This document shows, one piece after another, positions 1-12,796 of a stretch of DNA of 64,000 nucleotides. Position numbers and translations under genes: made by a program. The notes beneath the pieces are model-generated. The model was given only the letters and a program-made list of their open reading frames with translations, was not told the origin of the DNA and ran no database searches. The first letter of the stretch is position 1; every line of letters begins with the position of its first letter. This stretch comes from Eledone cirrhosa (Eukaryota), in NCBI GenBank assembly GCA_964016885.1, contig OZ024754.1, forward strand, positions 30,938,001-31,002,000, written 5' to 3'.

Positions 1-194
1 CGATCTCATTTGTTTCGGCCTGGATGTTGTGGCACCAACATAACTTTACATTGAAGGGGCGGTGTATATGTATATATATGTATGTGTATGTATGTATGTG
101 TATGTATGTATGTATTTTTTTTGACAGCTCACACCTGTGCAGGTTTAGCTGGCCTCCTCCAAGGTATATCTCGTTGGAGATGTCTTGGGTGATT

Positions 195-362
195 TAATGA
201 TAGGGACCCAAGTCCTATCATCTCATTTCTACAGCTGAGTAAACTGGAGCAACGTGAAATAAAGTGTCTTGCTCAAGGAAACAACACATCACCCGGTCCG
301 AGAATTGAACTCACAACCTTTCGATTGCAAGCCCAATGCTCTAACCACTAAGCCATGCGCCT
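195..362 (-). mobile_element. tRNA-derived CORE-type SINE
   Basis: Minus strand has a tRNA-like head (ggcttagtggttagagc...gagttcaattc), then a CORE-like ccttgagcaagacacttt...cagtttactcagctgtagaaatgag. Related copies at ~19480-19612 and ~20700-20925. Confidence 0.7.
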
Positions 363-545
363 GTATGTGTGTGTATGTATGTATATGTGTGTTTGTGTAT
401 GTATGTTTGTGTGTATGTATGTATGTATGTTTACACACACAATAATTTCAGTAAAACCCATAATGTCTTCCTACACACACCCACCTGTGGAATGGTAGAA
501 TGGTTGTCTCTGTTAGAGGCAGGTCACAGTCTCAGTGATCCTCTA

Positions 546-576
<31 letters not shown>

Positions 577-608
577 CCCTTTCATTTATTCAAGTGTTCT
601 CACATACA

Positions 609-806
609 TTTGTGAGTAGCTGAAAAGTTTATAGGCTGACTATGAAGGAATGATCCTAGAGTTTTGAAATATTGCATGCATTAATTGCAACTCTTCTTAT
701 TAATAACTACAATTTTTTCAGGGACTATGTTGAAAAATAAACCTCATCTGGTCATGCCATGAGAGTATCTTGGTCAACCTATGAACTTTGCAATCAGCCC
801 TTGTAC
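609..806. mobile_element. degenerate mariner-type MITE
   Basis: Imperfect terminal inverted repeats (gaaaagtttataggctgac / gtcaacctatgaactttgc...cccttgTA). Confidence 0.45.
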
Positions 807-822
807 AGTCTTTAATGCTTTA

Positions 823-1768
823 TATATAGAATGGTATGGTACTACTGGAATATTATACATAGAATGGTATGGTACTACTGGTATATTATACATAGAATGG
901 TATGATACTACTGGTATATTATATATAGAATGGAATGGTATTTTATATATAGAATGGAATGGTATTTTATATATAGAATGGTATGATACTACTGAAATAT
1001 TATACATAGAATGGTATGGTACTACTAGTATATTATATATAGAATGGTATGTTACTACTGGTATATTATATATAGAATGGTATGGTACTACTGGTATATT
1101 ATATATAGAATGGTATGGTACTACTGGAATATCATATATAGAATGGTATGGTATATTATATATATAGAATAGTATGTGACTACTGGTATATTATATATAG
1201 AATGGTATGGTATATTATATATAGAATGGTATGGTACTACTGGAATATTATATATAGAATGGTATGGTACTACTGGTATATTATATATAGAATGGTATGG
1301 TTTATTATATATAGAATAGTATGGTACTACTGGTATATTATATATAGAATGGTATGGTGCTACTGGAATATTATATATAGAATGGTATGGTACTACTGGA
1401 ATATTATATATAGACTGGTATGGTATATTATATATAGAATGGTATGGTATGGTATAGTATATACAGAATGGTGTATTACTATTGATATATTATATATAGA
1501 ACAATATGGTATGGTATATTATATATAGAATAGTATGGTATGGTATATTATATATAGAATAGTATGGTATGGTATGTTATATATAGAATGGTATAGTATG
1601 GTATATATAGAATGGTATGGTATGGTTTATATAGAATGGTATGGTATATATAGAATGGTATGGTATATTATATATAGACTGGTAGGGTATATATTGAATT
1701 GTATGATATATTATATATAGAAAATTATGGTATGGTATATATAGAATGGTATGGTACGGTGTATATAG
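823..1768. repeat. ~33-bp minisatellite (tatatagaatggtatggtactactggtatatta)
   Basis: Directly visible tandem units with shorter variants. Confidence 0.95.
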
Positions 1769-1819
1769 AAAAAGGTGTGATGAGATGAAAAGTGTAACTA
1801 TAGCAAAGATGAACCAAGA

Positions 1820-2232
1820 TAAAATGCACCCAGGACACTCTGTAATGTTGGTACCATGTTAAACTACATGCACCATACTCTGTAAGTGGTAGTGCTGGTG
1901 CCATGCAAAAATGTACCCTAGACACTCTGTAAAGTAATAGTACTAATACACCCAGTACACTCTGTAAAGTAATAGTGCTAAATACACCCAGTACACTCTG
2001 TAAGTTGTTGTGTTTGTGGCACGATAAAATGCATCCAGTACACTCTGTAAAGTTGTGGTCTTGGTGCCCCAATAAAATGCACCAAGTACACTCTATAAGG
2101 TGGTTAACATTAAGAAGGGCAGCCTGGAAATCCTGACTAAAATGAAACATATGAGTGAGAGATGGTTTCCTCTACCCTATCTTCACTCAGAGCTTGACAA
2201 TCTATCCAACCCATGGAAAACTGATGTAAAAT
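1820..2232 (+). mobile_element. degenerate RTE-3'UTR/SINE remnant with internal tandem units
   Basis: Repeated cacccagtacactctgtaag units, then aagaagggcagcc and ccaacccatggaaaa...gatg, resembling the 3' UTR at 36030-36342. Confidence 0.5.
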
Positions 2233-2817
2233 GATGAGGATGGAGATAATAATAATAATAATAATAATGAAATATTGTGTACAGTGCTCAGGTGCACTAC
2301 AACTCATCAAAAGTATGTATAGTACATAGGGTAAAGTACAAACGTCAGGAAAATGAACAGTGCATGAGTCATGGTATACACATGTGTGAATGTGTATGGA
2401 AGGGGTACATCAGGTGTAGTTTTGGCATATTTCAGGAAACATGAGTGTTTTAAAGGAGTAGTTTTGGCGTATCAGATTTTCCTTTTTTTTAACCAGAGCC
2501 AGAGTAAAATGACACTTCATTTTGCATGTTATCTAAATTCTAAATATTACAGAAGTCATTTAAAGCTGTCACCATATCAATAAACTACTTTTGAAGAATT
2601 TCAAGAGGAAACTACTGGAAGTGATAGATGACATGATTCGCAGTTGACAATACTTGGCAGTTTATAAGTAAACCCCATGGATTACATGAAACCATGTTGT
2701 GTTGGAGGGAGAAAACAGTTTTACTTTCGTTCAGGAATTCTAGTCATCTCTCTCTTTACTCTTTAATTTTATTCTTACATCCACACACCCACACATATAT
2801 ATGTGTGTGTATATATA

Positions 2818-2872
<55 letters not shown>

Positions 2873-2875
<3 letters not shown>

Positions 2876-3412
2876 GATAAATCTACCAAGAGTTTACGGT
2901 AGTGTCCAATCCGTATGAAGAACTCAATGTAATCCGGATATCATGGAAAGAAGAGATGCATTCAAAAATCACTTTCGGTGAAAGATAAACGGAATACAGA
3001 GTCAAGATAAAATATTTAAAAAATAATGAATAAAACAATGAAACAGTTCCTTATATTAAACAAAAAAAGTTCATTATTTAACGATCGTTTCTAGGACATA
3101 TATGGGTTAGAATTGGCATGCATATTCAAAAGATCTATGTACAAAATTATACAAACTATCAAATAGAATATACATACCAACACATACATATGCCGTCTTC
3201 AGAAATAATTTATTTCTGAAGACGGCATATGTATGTGTTGGTATGTATATTCTATTTGATAGTTTGTATAATTTTGTATAATTTTGTACATAGATCTTTT
3301 GAATATGCATGCCAATTCTAACACATATATGTCCTAGAAACGATCGTTAAATAATGAACTTTTTTTGTTTAATATAAGGAACTGTTTCATTGTTTTATTC
3401 ATTATTTTTTTA

Positions 3413-3421
<9 letters not shown>
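2873..3421 (-). mobile_element. asymmetric palindromic Penelope-like (pLTR-type) insertion, family H, in (TA)n
   Basis: ~200-bp inverted arms (3007-3208 vs 3210-3421), a hammerhead fold in each arm, and the bulged 3' hairpin at 2922-3002 on the long arm only. Confidence 0.8.
3210..3354 (+). ncRNA. minimal type-I hammerhead ribozyme with long stem II (mirror copy 3074-3208, minus)
   Basis: TTATTT-CTGAAGA-[ggcatatgtatgtgttgg...ctaacacatatatgtcc]-GAAA-C-GATC-G-TT-AAATAA: stem I 6 bp, palindromic loop III GATC, GUU site; base of stem II imperfect. Confidence 0.75.
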
Positions 3422-3467
<46 letters not shown>

Positions 3468-3944
3468 GTATTTTATACATATATATATGCCTGTGTGTAT
3501 ATATATATATGTGTATATATATATGTATATATATATAAATGAAAGGTATAGAAAATATATATATACTCATATATATATATGTCTATATATATATATGTGT
3601 GTGTGTGATACGTACATGTACATATATGTATATAGATGTATATGTATGTGAGTGATAATACATGTATGTCTGTCGCTTTATATATGTAGACATGTAAACG
3701 TATTCATTTGGAATTTGCTTTATGTTTGTACAAGTGTATTAATATAAGTTATATTTTAAAATCAATATACACTCTACTGAACATAGATATTTAATAATAT
3801 TTCTAGTAAAAATATCCATGGAGAAAATAGTTTTTTTATGGACTTCAAATAATTGTTTTTAACATTGACACAAGCCTACAATTTGGGAGAAGTGGAAAGT
3901 CAATTATATTGATGTTAATATTTAACTGGAACATTACTGCATCT

Positions 3945-4350
3945 CTCAAAGCTTTTTAACATTGTTCTCTACTTCCACCAGTCTATAGATCATTCCATAC
4001 CTGTTTCTTAGTTTTAATTACCTCATCAACCATACTGATCCACAAACGTGTTACCAATGGTTTTCTTGTGACCTTGCTCCAGCCATGACTATTATTGTGG
4101 TTTTCAGCAGGTTATCTCTCAGAAAACCTCACAGTTCTTCTATTTACTCTTCATAAGCATCAAGCAGAGCATCCCTGATTTTGTCATTTTAGGTCTTTCT
4201 TCTCCAAATTACCTTCTTTCTTTGATTTTCTCTAACTCTACCTGAGTGCAAAGTTATAGTAGCAGGTTCATTCAAAACTGAGAAACCACTTTCTATCTGC
4301 AACCAGCAATTATTTTGCATCCATTTCTCCATCCTGGCATATCTTAGATA
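3945..4350 (-). mobile_element. highly degenerate RTE-like LINE fragment
   Basis: Minus-strand translation gives broken fragments resembling the RTE endonuclease-RT linker; many stops. Confidence 0.35.
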
Positions 4351-4444
4351 GATCATTACTGACCAAGGCAGTACTTATTCAGAGATGTTCTACTTATTCA
4401 AGATGTTCTACTTTGGGCATGATTTCTGCAGCTGACTGAATACG

Positions 4445-4670
4445 CATGTGTATGGTTTTTTATCCCCAATTCATTATCTCATTTTCCCTGTTCCGTCCTC
4501 TCATCACTCTTTACTTTCTATTTATCTTCTATTTCTAACTCTATCTTCTGATGAAGGGTGTTATGACTCTCTTCCTGCTATTTCAAGCGTTAAACTAATA
4601 TACTTCTTCCATGTTAAACTAATATACTTCTTCCATTTGTTTTGGTATTTTTTGTTACTTTTGTTATTTA

Positions 4671-4675
<5 letters not shown>
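4445..4675 (+). mobile_element. Penelope-like pLTR remnant, family G (hammerhead partly deleted)
   Basis: tcttCTGATGAagggt then gttatgactctcttcctgctatttcaagcgttaaactaata, homologous to 30966-31045; ends in (TA)n. Confidence 0.55.
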
Positions 4676-4729
<54 letters not shown>

Positions 4730-4823
4730 GTATAAACTATAATAAAGTAAGGAGTGCAGGACTGCGTACGGTTTATAATTTTTTATCCCATTAATAAAAT
4801 AAGTTGGATTACTTTGAATAAAT

Positions 4824-4990
4824 AATTGTTTCTACTTTTTGGCACAAGGCCAGCAATTACCCAGTGCATAACTGGTACTTTATTTTATCGACCCCGTAAG
4901 GATGAAAGACAAAGTTAACCTCGGCAGGATTTGAACTCAGAATGGCAAGGGCCGTAACTATGCGTCAAAGCATGGCGTCCGACCCTCTAT
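4824..4990 (-). mobile_element. tRNA-derived SINE (Meta-domain-like)
   Basis: Minus strand: tgagttcaaatcctgccgaggttaactttgtctttcatccttacggggtcgataaaataaagtaccag; many copies in the window. Confidence 0.8.
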
Positions 4991-5377
4991 AATGAATGAA
5001 TATTACATAATTTATATACTAAATTTCGTGGCTGTTGATTAAATATATTTTATCTATTTAAAGATTCACTTCTTTAAAATTTCTGAAATGTCAACTCTTC
5101 CGGTTGGCCATTGCTTAAATAAACATACTAATTTTCTGTCACTAATTTTCTCCTAATGCAGTTTATATATATCGTCTTTTTTAATGTATCATGGATTACG
5201 TTACTGATTACATAAGACAGTGTAACAACGTCTTCGTTCAATTTCTGTGTATTATATATTGTCAATTACTATTTTATTTTATGTATCATATCTACATGTA
5301 TATATACCTGCATATAATATACACACTACACATGCTAGCAGAAAACCACACGAAGGGTGGTTTTTCTGCTAGTATAT

Positions 5378-5565
5378 ATAATAACAAAGGAAGTGTGGTA
5401 AGGAACCAGATGGAACATAATGCACCAGAGTACTCAATACTTAGGGTAGTAGAGTGGGTAATAGGAAAATGTTTAACCTCGGTGGCAGAGCTCAAGCTGT
5501 TTCGACGGCAGAAATAGCCGTCGAAACGGCTTGAACTCTGCCGTTGGGGTTAAACATTTTCCTAT
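5378..5565 (-). mobile_element. asymmetric palindromic Penelope-like insertion, family A
   Basis: Inverted arms 5461-5509 / 5517-5565, hammerhead 3' half (GAAA-stem III), hairpin at 5432-5455, (TA)n on both sides; homologous to 6620-6786 and 17601-17804. Confidence 0.75.
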
Positions 5566-5662
5566 ATATATATATTGATATCTTGCTAGCAGGGAAAGCA
5601 GATGTTAAGACAAAAGTGACGAAATATTTTTCTAAGTTGGATAAATATATGTATATATATAT

Positions 5663-5997
5663 ATGTATATGTATATATATATGGCGTAGGATAGAAGAAA
5701 GGAAAGGCACAGAAACAAAGAAAGGAATCCCCAGTCACTGAAGAGGTCACAGAGTGTGTGACGAAAGGACTATGACTATATATAAACAACTATCTGGTTG
5801 TGGAACCAACCAACCAACCAGAAATTTATAAGTTTGTAGATTTGTAAATTTATAAATTTATAAATATATAATAAATTGAAGTGAAAGCAACTGGTGCATG
5901 TGTTTCATATTGGCAACATGACCCTCCCAAAGTATAACAATATCGGTTTCAACACACGATTTCAGATAAAGAATCTTGCTAAACAAATTCAGAAACG

Positions 5998-6000
<3 letters not shown>
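5663..6000 (+). mobile_element. Penelope-like pLTR insertion, family D
   Basis: Between (TA)n tracts; 5747-6000 is nearly identical to 31271-31525; contains a hammerhead-like fold. Confidence 0.7.
5733..5777 (+). ncRNA. minimal hammerhead-like motif
   Basis: AGTCA-CTGAAGA-G-GTCACagagtgtGTGAC-GAAA-GGAC-TA-TGACT: stem I 5 bp, stem II 5 bp, almost no stem III. Confidence 0.6.
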
Positions 6001-6052
<52 letters not shown>

Positions 6053-6619
6053 TATATATGTGTGTGTGTGTGAGTGTGTGTGTATCCACTTTGAATGTTT
6101 GTTTCTTGTTACATTTATATCTAAACCCCACATTAATATCTATATATACATGTGTCTGTGAGTGCGTGTGTATGTGTTTGTGTGGGGGGTGGTGGTGGTG
6201 GTCAATGTTTGTAGATAGCCGCAGGTAGTTTAGTCACTAAAGGGAGAAAACTCTAGAAGGGAGATAAATCAATAGGTGAACACAACCATTAAATAAATAG
6301 AGATTAATAAACTAGGTACCAAATCAAATACTATGGCAGCAGATACATTTGACTAAACTTTGTGAAAGTGGTGCCCCAGTATGGCCACAGTCCAGTGGCT
6401 GAAACAAGTAAAATACAAGAATATAGCCCAGTCTGGACTAACATTGACTTACACATACACACAGATGACTGCAGTAACAATTTCACAGACAGATAGAAAT
6501 ATATAAGTATATATAAAAATATGTATAAATAAATACACACAGAGATGCATAGATTGTGTTGTTTGCTTTGGTGTTTCCATTTACTTTTAGCATATATATG
6601 TATATATATATATATATAT

Positions 6620-6786
6620 AGTCCAGAAATACCCGTCGAAACGACTTGAGCTCTGCCGTCGGGGTCATACTGTTTCCTATTACCCATGGGGTCATACTTT
6701 TTCCTATTACCCACTCTACCACCCTAAGTATTGAGTACTCTGGTGCGTCATGGTCCATCTGGTTCCTTACCACAATTCCTTTGTTA
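6620..6786 (+). mobile_element. 5'-truncated Penelope-like insertion, family A (no inversion)
   Basis: GAAACGACTTGAGCTCTGCCGTC, an internal ~27-bp duplication (ggggtcatac...cctattaccca), hairpin at 6713-6736, (TA)n flanks. Confidence 0.75.
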
Positions 6787-6825
6787 TATATATATATATA
6801 TGGAAGAACGGACGTAAAATGGTGA

Positions 6826-6880
<55 letters not shown>

Positions 6881-6933
6881 GTTGTGTGTGTGTAAGAGTG
6901 TATGTGTGAGAGTGTGTGTGCGTGTGTGTGTGT

Positions 6934-7070
6934 AAATCAGGATGGATTCAGTTTGAAACTGATTAGACCATTACTCAACGGAGTACTCGATACTTGGAGT
7001 AGTAGAGTATGGTTTTATTATACAGTCTGGACGTCGACGGCTGAGCTCTTGCCGTTTCAACAACCAGTTC

Positions 7071-7071
<1 letters not shown>
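6934..7071 (-). mobile_element. 5'-truncated Penelope-like insertion, family C, in (TG/CA)n
   Basis: Minus strand GAAACGGC-aagagctca-GCCGTC (stem III plus GUC) and hairpin ACTC-TACT-actcca-AGTA-TC-GAGT at 6985-7008. Confidence 0.7.
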
Positions 7072-7102
<31 letters not shown>

Positions 7103-7210
7103 TATATATATATATATATATAAATATAGTTTCCATTTGTATATATATATATATCGTCATCATCGTCTTACGTCTTTTTGACCATGCTTGCATGGGTTGA
7201 ATGGGTACAG

Positions 7211-7249
<39 letters not shown>

Positions 7250-7474
7250 CGTCTGTGCATGTGTGAATATTTATTATATATATATATAGAGAGAGAGAGA
7301 GAGACGTGTGTGCGAGTTTACACACTCACTGGCGCACACATATAGCAAGGGAGACAACTCTACGTACAGCTAAATGCAAAAGTTATGTTTATTTATGCGC
7401 GTGCGCACAGACACACACACACACAGTCGTTAATATGACCATGAAGACAAGACTCACATGCCATGCATATGCAT

Positions 7475-7530
<56 letters not shown>

Positions 7531-7537
<7 letters not shown>

Positions 7538-7628
7538 AAGGGTGTCCCCACAAAATGTTTACACACTTTGATTGAAGTGTGTATACCCTTTTTGCCGGCG
7601 GAGGATGGGGGGGAGCGGGGCACTGTAT
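7531..7628. mobile_element. short Tc1/mariner-like MITE remnant
   Basis: agggtgtccccacaaaa ... ggggcactgTA ends inside (TA)n. Confidence 0.35.
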
Positions 7629-7649
7629 ATATATATATGTTTATATATA

Positions 7650-7687
<38 letters not shown>

Positions 7688-7772
7688 CAAGAGATACACA
7701 CAGATGCATATACACACAGAGAAACACAAATAAATTGTCTCTTTCTCACTCACTCTCTCTCTGACACACACA

Positions 7773-7809
<37 letters not shown>

Positions 7810-8141
7810 CTACACCCATTACACACCTACACCCATTACACACACACACCCTACATAAATTACATACCCCCCCCCCCCACCCCCACACCTGCCACCCCAC
7901 ATACACCACCACCCCTACATACACACCCCTACATACATGTAGGGACACTGAATTAATCCCAAGTAAAAAAAATGTAAAAAATATCTAAAGAAAAGGAAAA
8001 GGAATAAATTTGCGATTATCTAAAGAAAATATTTTCATTTATGACATTCTTAAAAAAAACAATGAAATTTGGTGTGTTGAAGTGGCTTTAGGGATAGGAG
8101 GGACAGGGTGATTAACCTGACCTCATTTGGAGAGGGAATTA

Positions 8142-8196
<55 letters not shown>

Positions 8197-8315
8197 ACAC
8201 ATACACACACATATATTACACACCTACACACCACACGCACACACACACACGCACTACACACTCACACACGCACACACATACACACACAAACACACATATT
8301 ACACACCTACACACC

Positions 8316-8355
<40 letters not shown>

Positions 8356-8461
8356 ACTCACGCACATACACACACACATAGATGCACACAAACATACACA
8401 CACATATATTATATATATATATATATATTTGCTTTTTGCTACAATATTTTCTATACCTTTC

Positions 8462-8524
<63 letters not shown>

Positions 8525-8562
8525 AGTCGTTGTGGTCGGAGTGTGAGGGGGAGGGGGGCAAT

Positions 8563-10041
8563 AGTGGTGGTAGCTGTGGTGGCAGTGATAGTGGTGGTAG
8601 CTATGGTGGTGGTGGTGGTGGTGATAGTGGTGGTAGCTATGATGGTGGTGGTGGTGGTGGTGATAGTGGTGGTAGCTATGGTGGTGGTGGTGATAGTGGT
8701 GGTAGCTATGGTGGTGGTGGTGGTGGTGATAGTGGTGGTAGCTATGGTAGTGGTGGTGGTGGTGATAGTGCTGGTAGCTATGATGGTGGTGGTGGTGGTG
8801 ATAGTGGTGGTAGCTATGGTAGTGGTGGTGGTGGTGATAGTGCTGGTAGCTATGATGGTGGTGGTGGTGGTGATAGTGGTGGTAGCTATGATGGTGGTGG
8901 TGGTGGTGATAGTGGTGGTAGCTATGGTAGTGGTGGTGGTGGTGATAGTGGTGGTAGCTATGGTGGTGGTGGTGGTGGTGATAGTGGTGGTAGCTATGAT
9001 GGTGGTGGTGGTGGTGGTGATAGTGGTGGTAGCTATGGTGGTGGTGGTGATAGTGGTGGTAGCTATGGTGGTGGTGGTGGTGGTGATAGTGGTGGTAGCT
9101 ATGGTAGTGGTGGTGGTGGTGATAGTGCTGGTAGCTATGATGGTGGTGGTGGTGGTGATAGTGGTGGTAGCTATGGTAGTGGTGGTGGTGGTGATAGTGC
9201 TGGTAGCTATGATGGTGGTGGTGGTGGTGATAGTGGTGGTAGCTATGATGGTGGTGGTGGTGGTGATAGTGGTGGTAGCTATGGTAGTGGTGGTGGTGGT
9301 GATAGTGGTGGTAGCTATGGTGGTGGTGGTGGTGGTGATAGTGGTGGTAGCTATGGTGGTGGTGGTGGTGGTGATAGTGGTGGTAGCTATGATGGTGGTG
9401 GTGGTGGTGATAGTGGTGGTAGCTATGGTGGTGGTGGTGGTGGTGATAGTGGTGGTAGCTATGGTAGTGGTGGTGGTGGTGATAGTGCTGGTAGCTATGA
9501 TGGTGGTGGTGGTGGTGATAGTGGTGGTAGCTATGGTAGTGGTGGTGGTGGTGATAGTACTGGTAGCTATGGTAGTGGTGGTGGTGGTGATAGTGGTGGT
9601 AGCTATGGTGGTGGTAGCTATGGTTGTGGTAATGGTGGTGATAGTGGTGGTAGCTATGGTAGTGGTGGTGGTGGTGGTGGTGGTGGTGGTGGTGGTGATA
9701 GTGGTGGTAGCTATGGTAGTGGTGGTGGTGGTGGTGATAGTGCTGGTAGTTAAGGTGGTGGTGGTGGTGGTGATAGTGGTGGTAGCTATGATGGTGGTGG
9801 TGGTGGCAGTGATAGTGGTGGTAGCTATGGTGGTGGTGGTGGTTATAGTGGTGGTAGCTATGGTGGTGGTGGTGGTGATAGTGGTGGTAGCTATGGTGGT
9901 TGTGGTGGTGGTGGTGATAGTGGTGGTAGCTTTGGTTGTGGTAGTGGTGGTGATGTTGGTGCTGGTTGTGATGGTGATAGTGAAGGTGGTGGTATTGGTG
10001 ATGGTGGTGGTGGTGGTGGTGGTGGTGGTGGTGGTGGTGGT
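8563..10041. repeat. (GGT)n-derived ~33-bp minisatellite (ggtgatagtggtggtagctatggtggtggtggt)
   Basis: Triplet-periodic tandem array, open in several frames on both strands. Confidence 0.9.
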
Positions 10042-10476
10042 GTGTTATATGTACTGTATGTCGACAGTCTAAGAGAGACACCAACAACAGAACCAAACGT
10101 CTCTGTCAAATCAATAATGTTGAGGAGAAGATACTTGCTTAATGTCGCCATCATCATAATCATCACCCTCATTATCGTTGTAATCTTCGTCATCATCAGC
10201 ATCATTATTATCATCATCATCACCAACATCATCATCACCATCGTCATCATCATTGTCACCATCATCTTTGTCATCATCATCACCAACATCATCGTCACCA
10301 TCGTCATCATCATTGTCACCATCATCATCATCATCATCATCATCATCACCATCATCATCATTTAACATCTATTTTCCTTGTTTCCATGTTGTCACATTCT
10401 GCGACTAAACACATCTTTCTGTTTTTGGCATGGTTTCTGCAGCTGGAAATTCTTCTTTTCTGCAGCTGGAAATTCT

Positions 10477-11340
10477 GCTTTTTACCGTGGCACCAGCCCT
10501 ACCCCGTTACAAGGTAGATTAGGTGCTTTTTACCGTGGCACCAGCCCTACCCCGTTACAAGGTAGATTAGGTGCTTTTTACCGTGGCAGCAGCCCTACCC
10601 CGTTACAAGGTAGATTAGGTGCTTTTTACCGTGGCACCAGCACTACCACGTTACAAGGTAGATTAGGTGCTTTTTACCGTGGCACCAGCACTACCCCGTT
10701 ACAAGGTAGATTAGGTGCTTTTTACCGTGGCACCAGCACTACCACGTTACAAGGTAGATTAGGTGCTTTTTACTGTGGCACCAGCCCTACCACGTTACAG
10801 GGTAGATTAGGTACTTTTTACTGTGGCACCAGCACTACCACGTTACAGGGTAGATTAGGTGCTTTTTACCGTGGAACCAGCACTACCACGTTACAGGGTA
10901 GATTAGGTGCTTTTTACCGTGGCACCAGCACTACCACGTTACAAGGTAGATTAGGTGCTTTTTACCGTGGCACCAGCACTACCACGTTACAGGGTAGATT
11001 AGGTGCTTTTTACCGTGGCACCAGCACTACCATGTTACAGGGTAAATTAGGTGCTTTTTATCATGGCATCAGTATTATCATTTTGCTGAGTGGATTGAAT
11101 GCAATTTATTGTGACACAGCAGCACTTCTTTACAGAGTGGCCAGAGAACTTTTCATTGTGGCACCAGCACTACCACTTTACAGAGTGGCCAGAGAACTTT
11201 TCATTGTGGCGCCAGCACTACCACTTTACAGAGTGGCCAGAGAACCTTTCATTGTGGCGCCAGCACTACCAGTTTACAGAGTGGCATGAGAACATTTTAT
11301 TGTGGCATCAGCACCACCACTTCACAGAGTGGCATGAGTA
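10477..11340. repeat. 48-bp minisatellite derived from an RTE 3'UTR/SINE segment
   Basis: Unit gctttttaccgtggcaccagcactaccacgttacaaggtagattaggt; its reverse complement resembles 36070-36125; preceded by a minus-strand (GAT)n tail and ttttccttgtttccatg. Confidence 0.85.
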
Positions 11341-11639
11341 TACTTTATCTTTGACGCCAGCAATACCCTGTAACCACACTAGGTTAATCATTGTGTCCTT
11401 GGCTAGACTGAATAGAGAGTGATGGGAGTGGGGACTGTTACATATTGCTACCCAGGGTAGGGTGGGGTGTCATCCCACAGTAGAAGAGCTAGTGCCAGGT
11501 CACAGAGGTTGCCTTAAAGTGGGTGAGTGATGTCTGGAAGTACCCAAGGTAGGGTGGGGTGTCATCCCACAATAGAAGAGCTAGTGCCAGGTCACAGAGG
11601 TTGCCTTAAAGTGGGTGAGTGATGTCTGGAAGTATACTG

Positions 11640-12700
11640 TAAGACATGCCTGGGTTTTTCATGCTGGCCTGAATTGGACAAAGAAGGTGTATCAATGATG
11701 GGAGTGTTAGGGGGAGTGTTAGGTGGTACATCAGTCTTTCCATGCTGTCATGGGTTGGATGAGGAAGGTGCAGAGCATACCGACAGACAGATTTAAATGC
11801 AGTCCTGCTTTTTACACACAAGTATCATATAATCAACCTTTCATTCTGAGGCAAAAACACTTTGTAGCCAACAGAACTAGTAGCTTCTTGAACTTTTGCC
11901 AATCAGTTCTCACTCTAACAACTGTAATTTCAGAACACCAACCACCACTGCCAATTCGGTCAACCAGGTAACAGAAGCTGTCAACTACTTCTTAAGAACC
12001 ATTTGAACATTTGATACAGTTTGTTTTATGTGAGCTCTTTGTTGCTTACTGCTCCTGTATATCTGCTACATGTAAAATCTACATTCTTCACTAGCCTACT
12101 CGAAATTTCATTACATCTCTTGTGTACCATAGTTTACATTTTGCTTATAAAATGGAATTTGTTACTACTTCTTTCCTGTATATTGAGTATAGCCGTTTCT
12201 CTGATGAAATCAGGGTCCAGTTTTCTTTTCAGCTTAACCCTTTAGCATTTAAACCAGCCATATCCGGTCAGAATTCTCTCACCTCTTTCTGTGCAAACTG
12301 GCTATATCCAGCTGCTCATACTGATGTTAAGGTATTGTTCTCAAAATATATAATATTAAAATCTCATAGATTCGATATTATGTGAGAGAATTATGTGAAA
12401 ATATAATAGTAAATATAGAGTAATATAAATGCTAAAGGGTTAAGAGGACTTTAAACCTTTGTCAAGATGACTTTGACCCCTTTTAATTCCAGTTTGTGTT
12501 TCCATATATGGAATTTCTTCTCTAATTCTGCCAGGGATTCAGTTATGAGGATTCGATCATCAGCATATGTGAGTTACTATGCTCAGTAATTCTTAAACTC
12601 CTCCATTTTTGGCTTGAGTGACAATAATAGAAAGGAGTGAGTTAAGTAAAGAACTCTCATGGACACCTTCTGCATGTTAAATTGATCACTATGCTCATTG
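11640..12700 (-). mobile_element. degenerate RTE LINE fragment interrupted by a MITE
   Basis: Minus-strand VVRVRTDWQKFKKLLVLLATKCFCLRMKG matches ITRVRTGWKKFKELLPLLAAKGFSLKMKG of ORF 35014-36027. Confidence 0.65.
12238..12439. mobile_element. piggyBac-type MITE
   Basis: TTAA|CCCTTTAGCATTTA ... TAAATGCTAAAGGG|TTAA: 14-bp TIRs and TTAA target duplication. Confidence 0.85.
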
Positions 12701-12796
12701 TTTACTTTAAATTTGTTATATATATATGTATATATATATATATGAATATACCAAGTTTAAAGTAAACAATTTGGTCTGCGAAGGCCCATCCAACAC

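Noticed and set aside
2496-2647. Strong polypyrimidine acceptor and a short reading frame (NFKRKLLEVIDDMIRS)
   Set aside because: No consistent frame from the acceptor, no donor and no recognisable product.
8530-9753. 407-aa Gly/Ser/Asp/Tyr ORF (GGGDSGGSY)n resembling a structural protein
   Set aside because: It is a triplet-periodic repeat open in several frames on both strands, with a non-ATG start, no signal peptide and no convincing splice sites. Similar GGT/CAC arrays occur at 24860 and 44420.
11449-11632. ~92-bp direct duplication (similar local duplications at ~26837-27135 and ~30040-30365)
   Set aside because: These are simple local tandem duplications with no LTR, PBS or TSD features.
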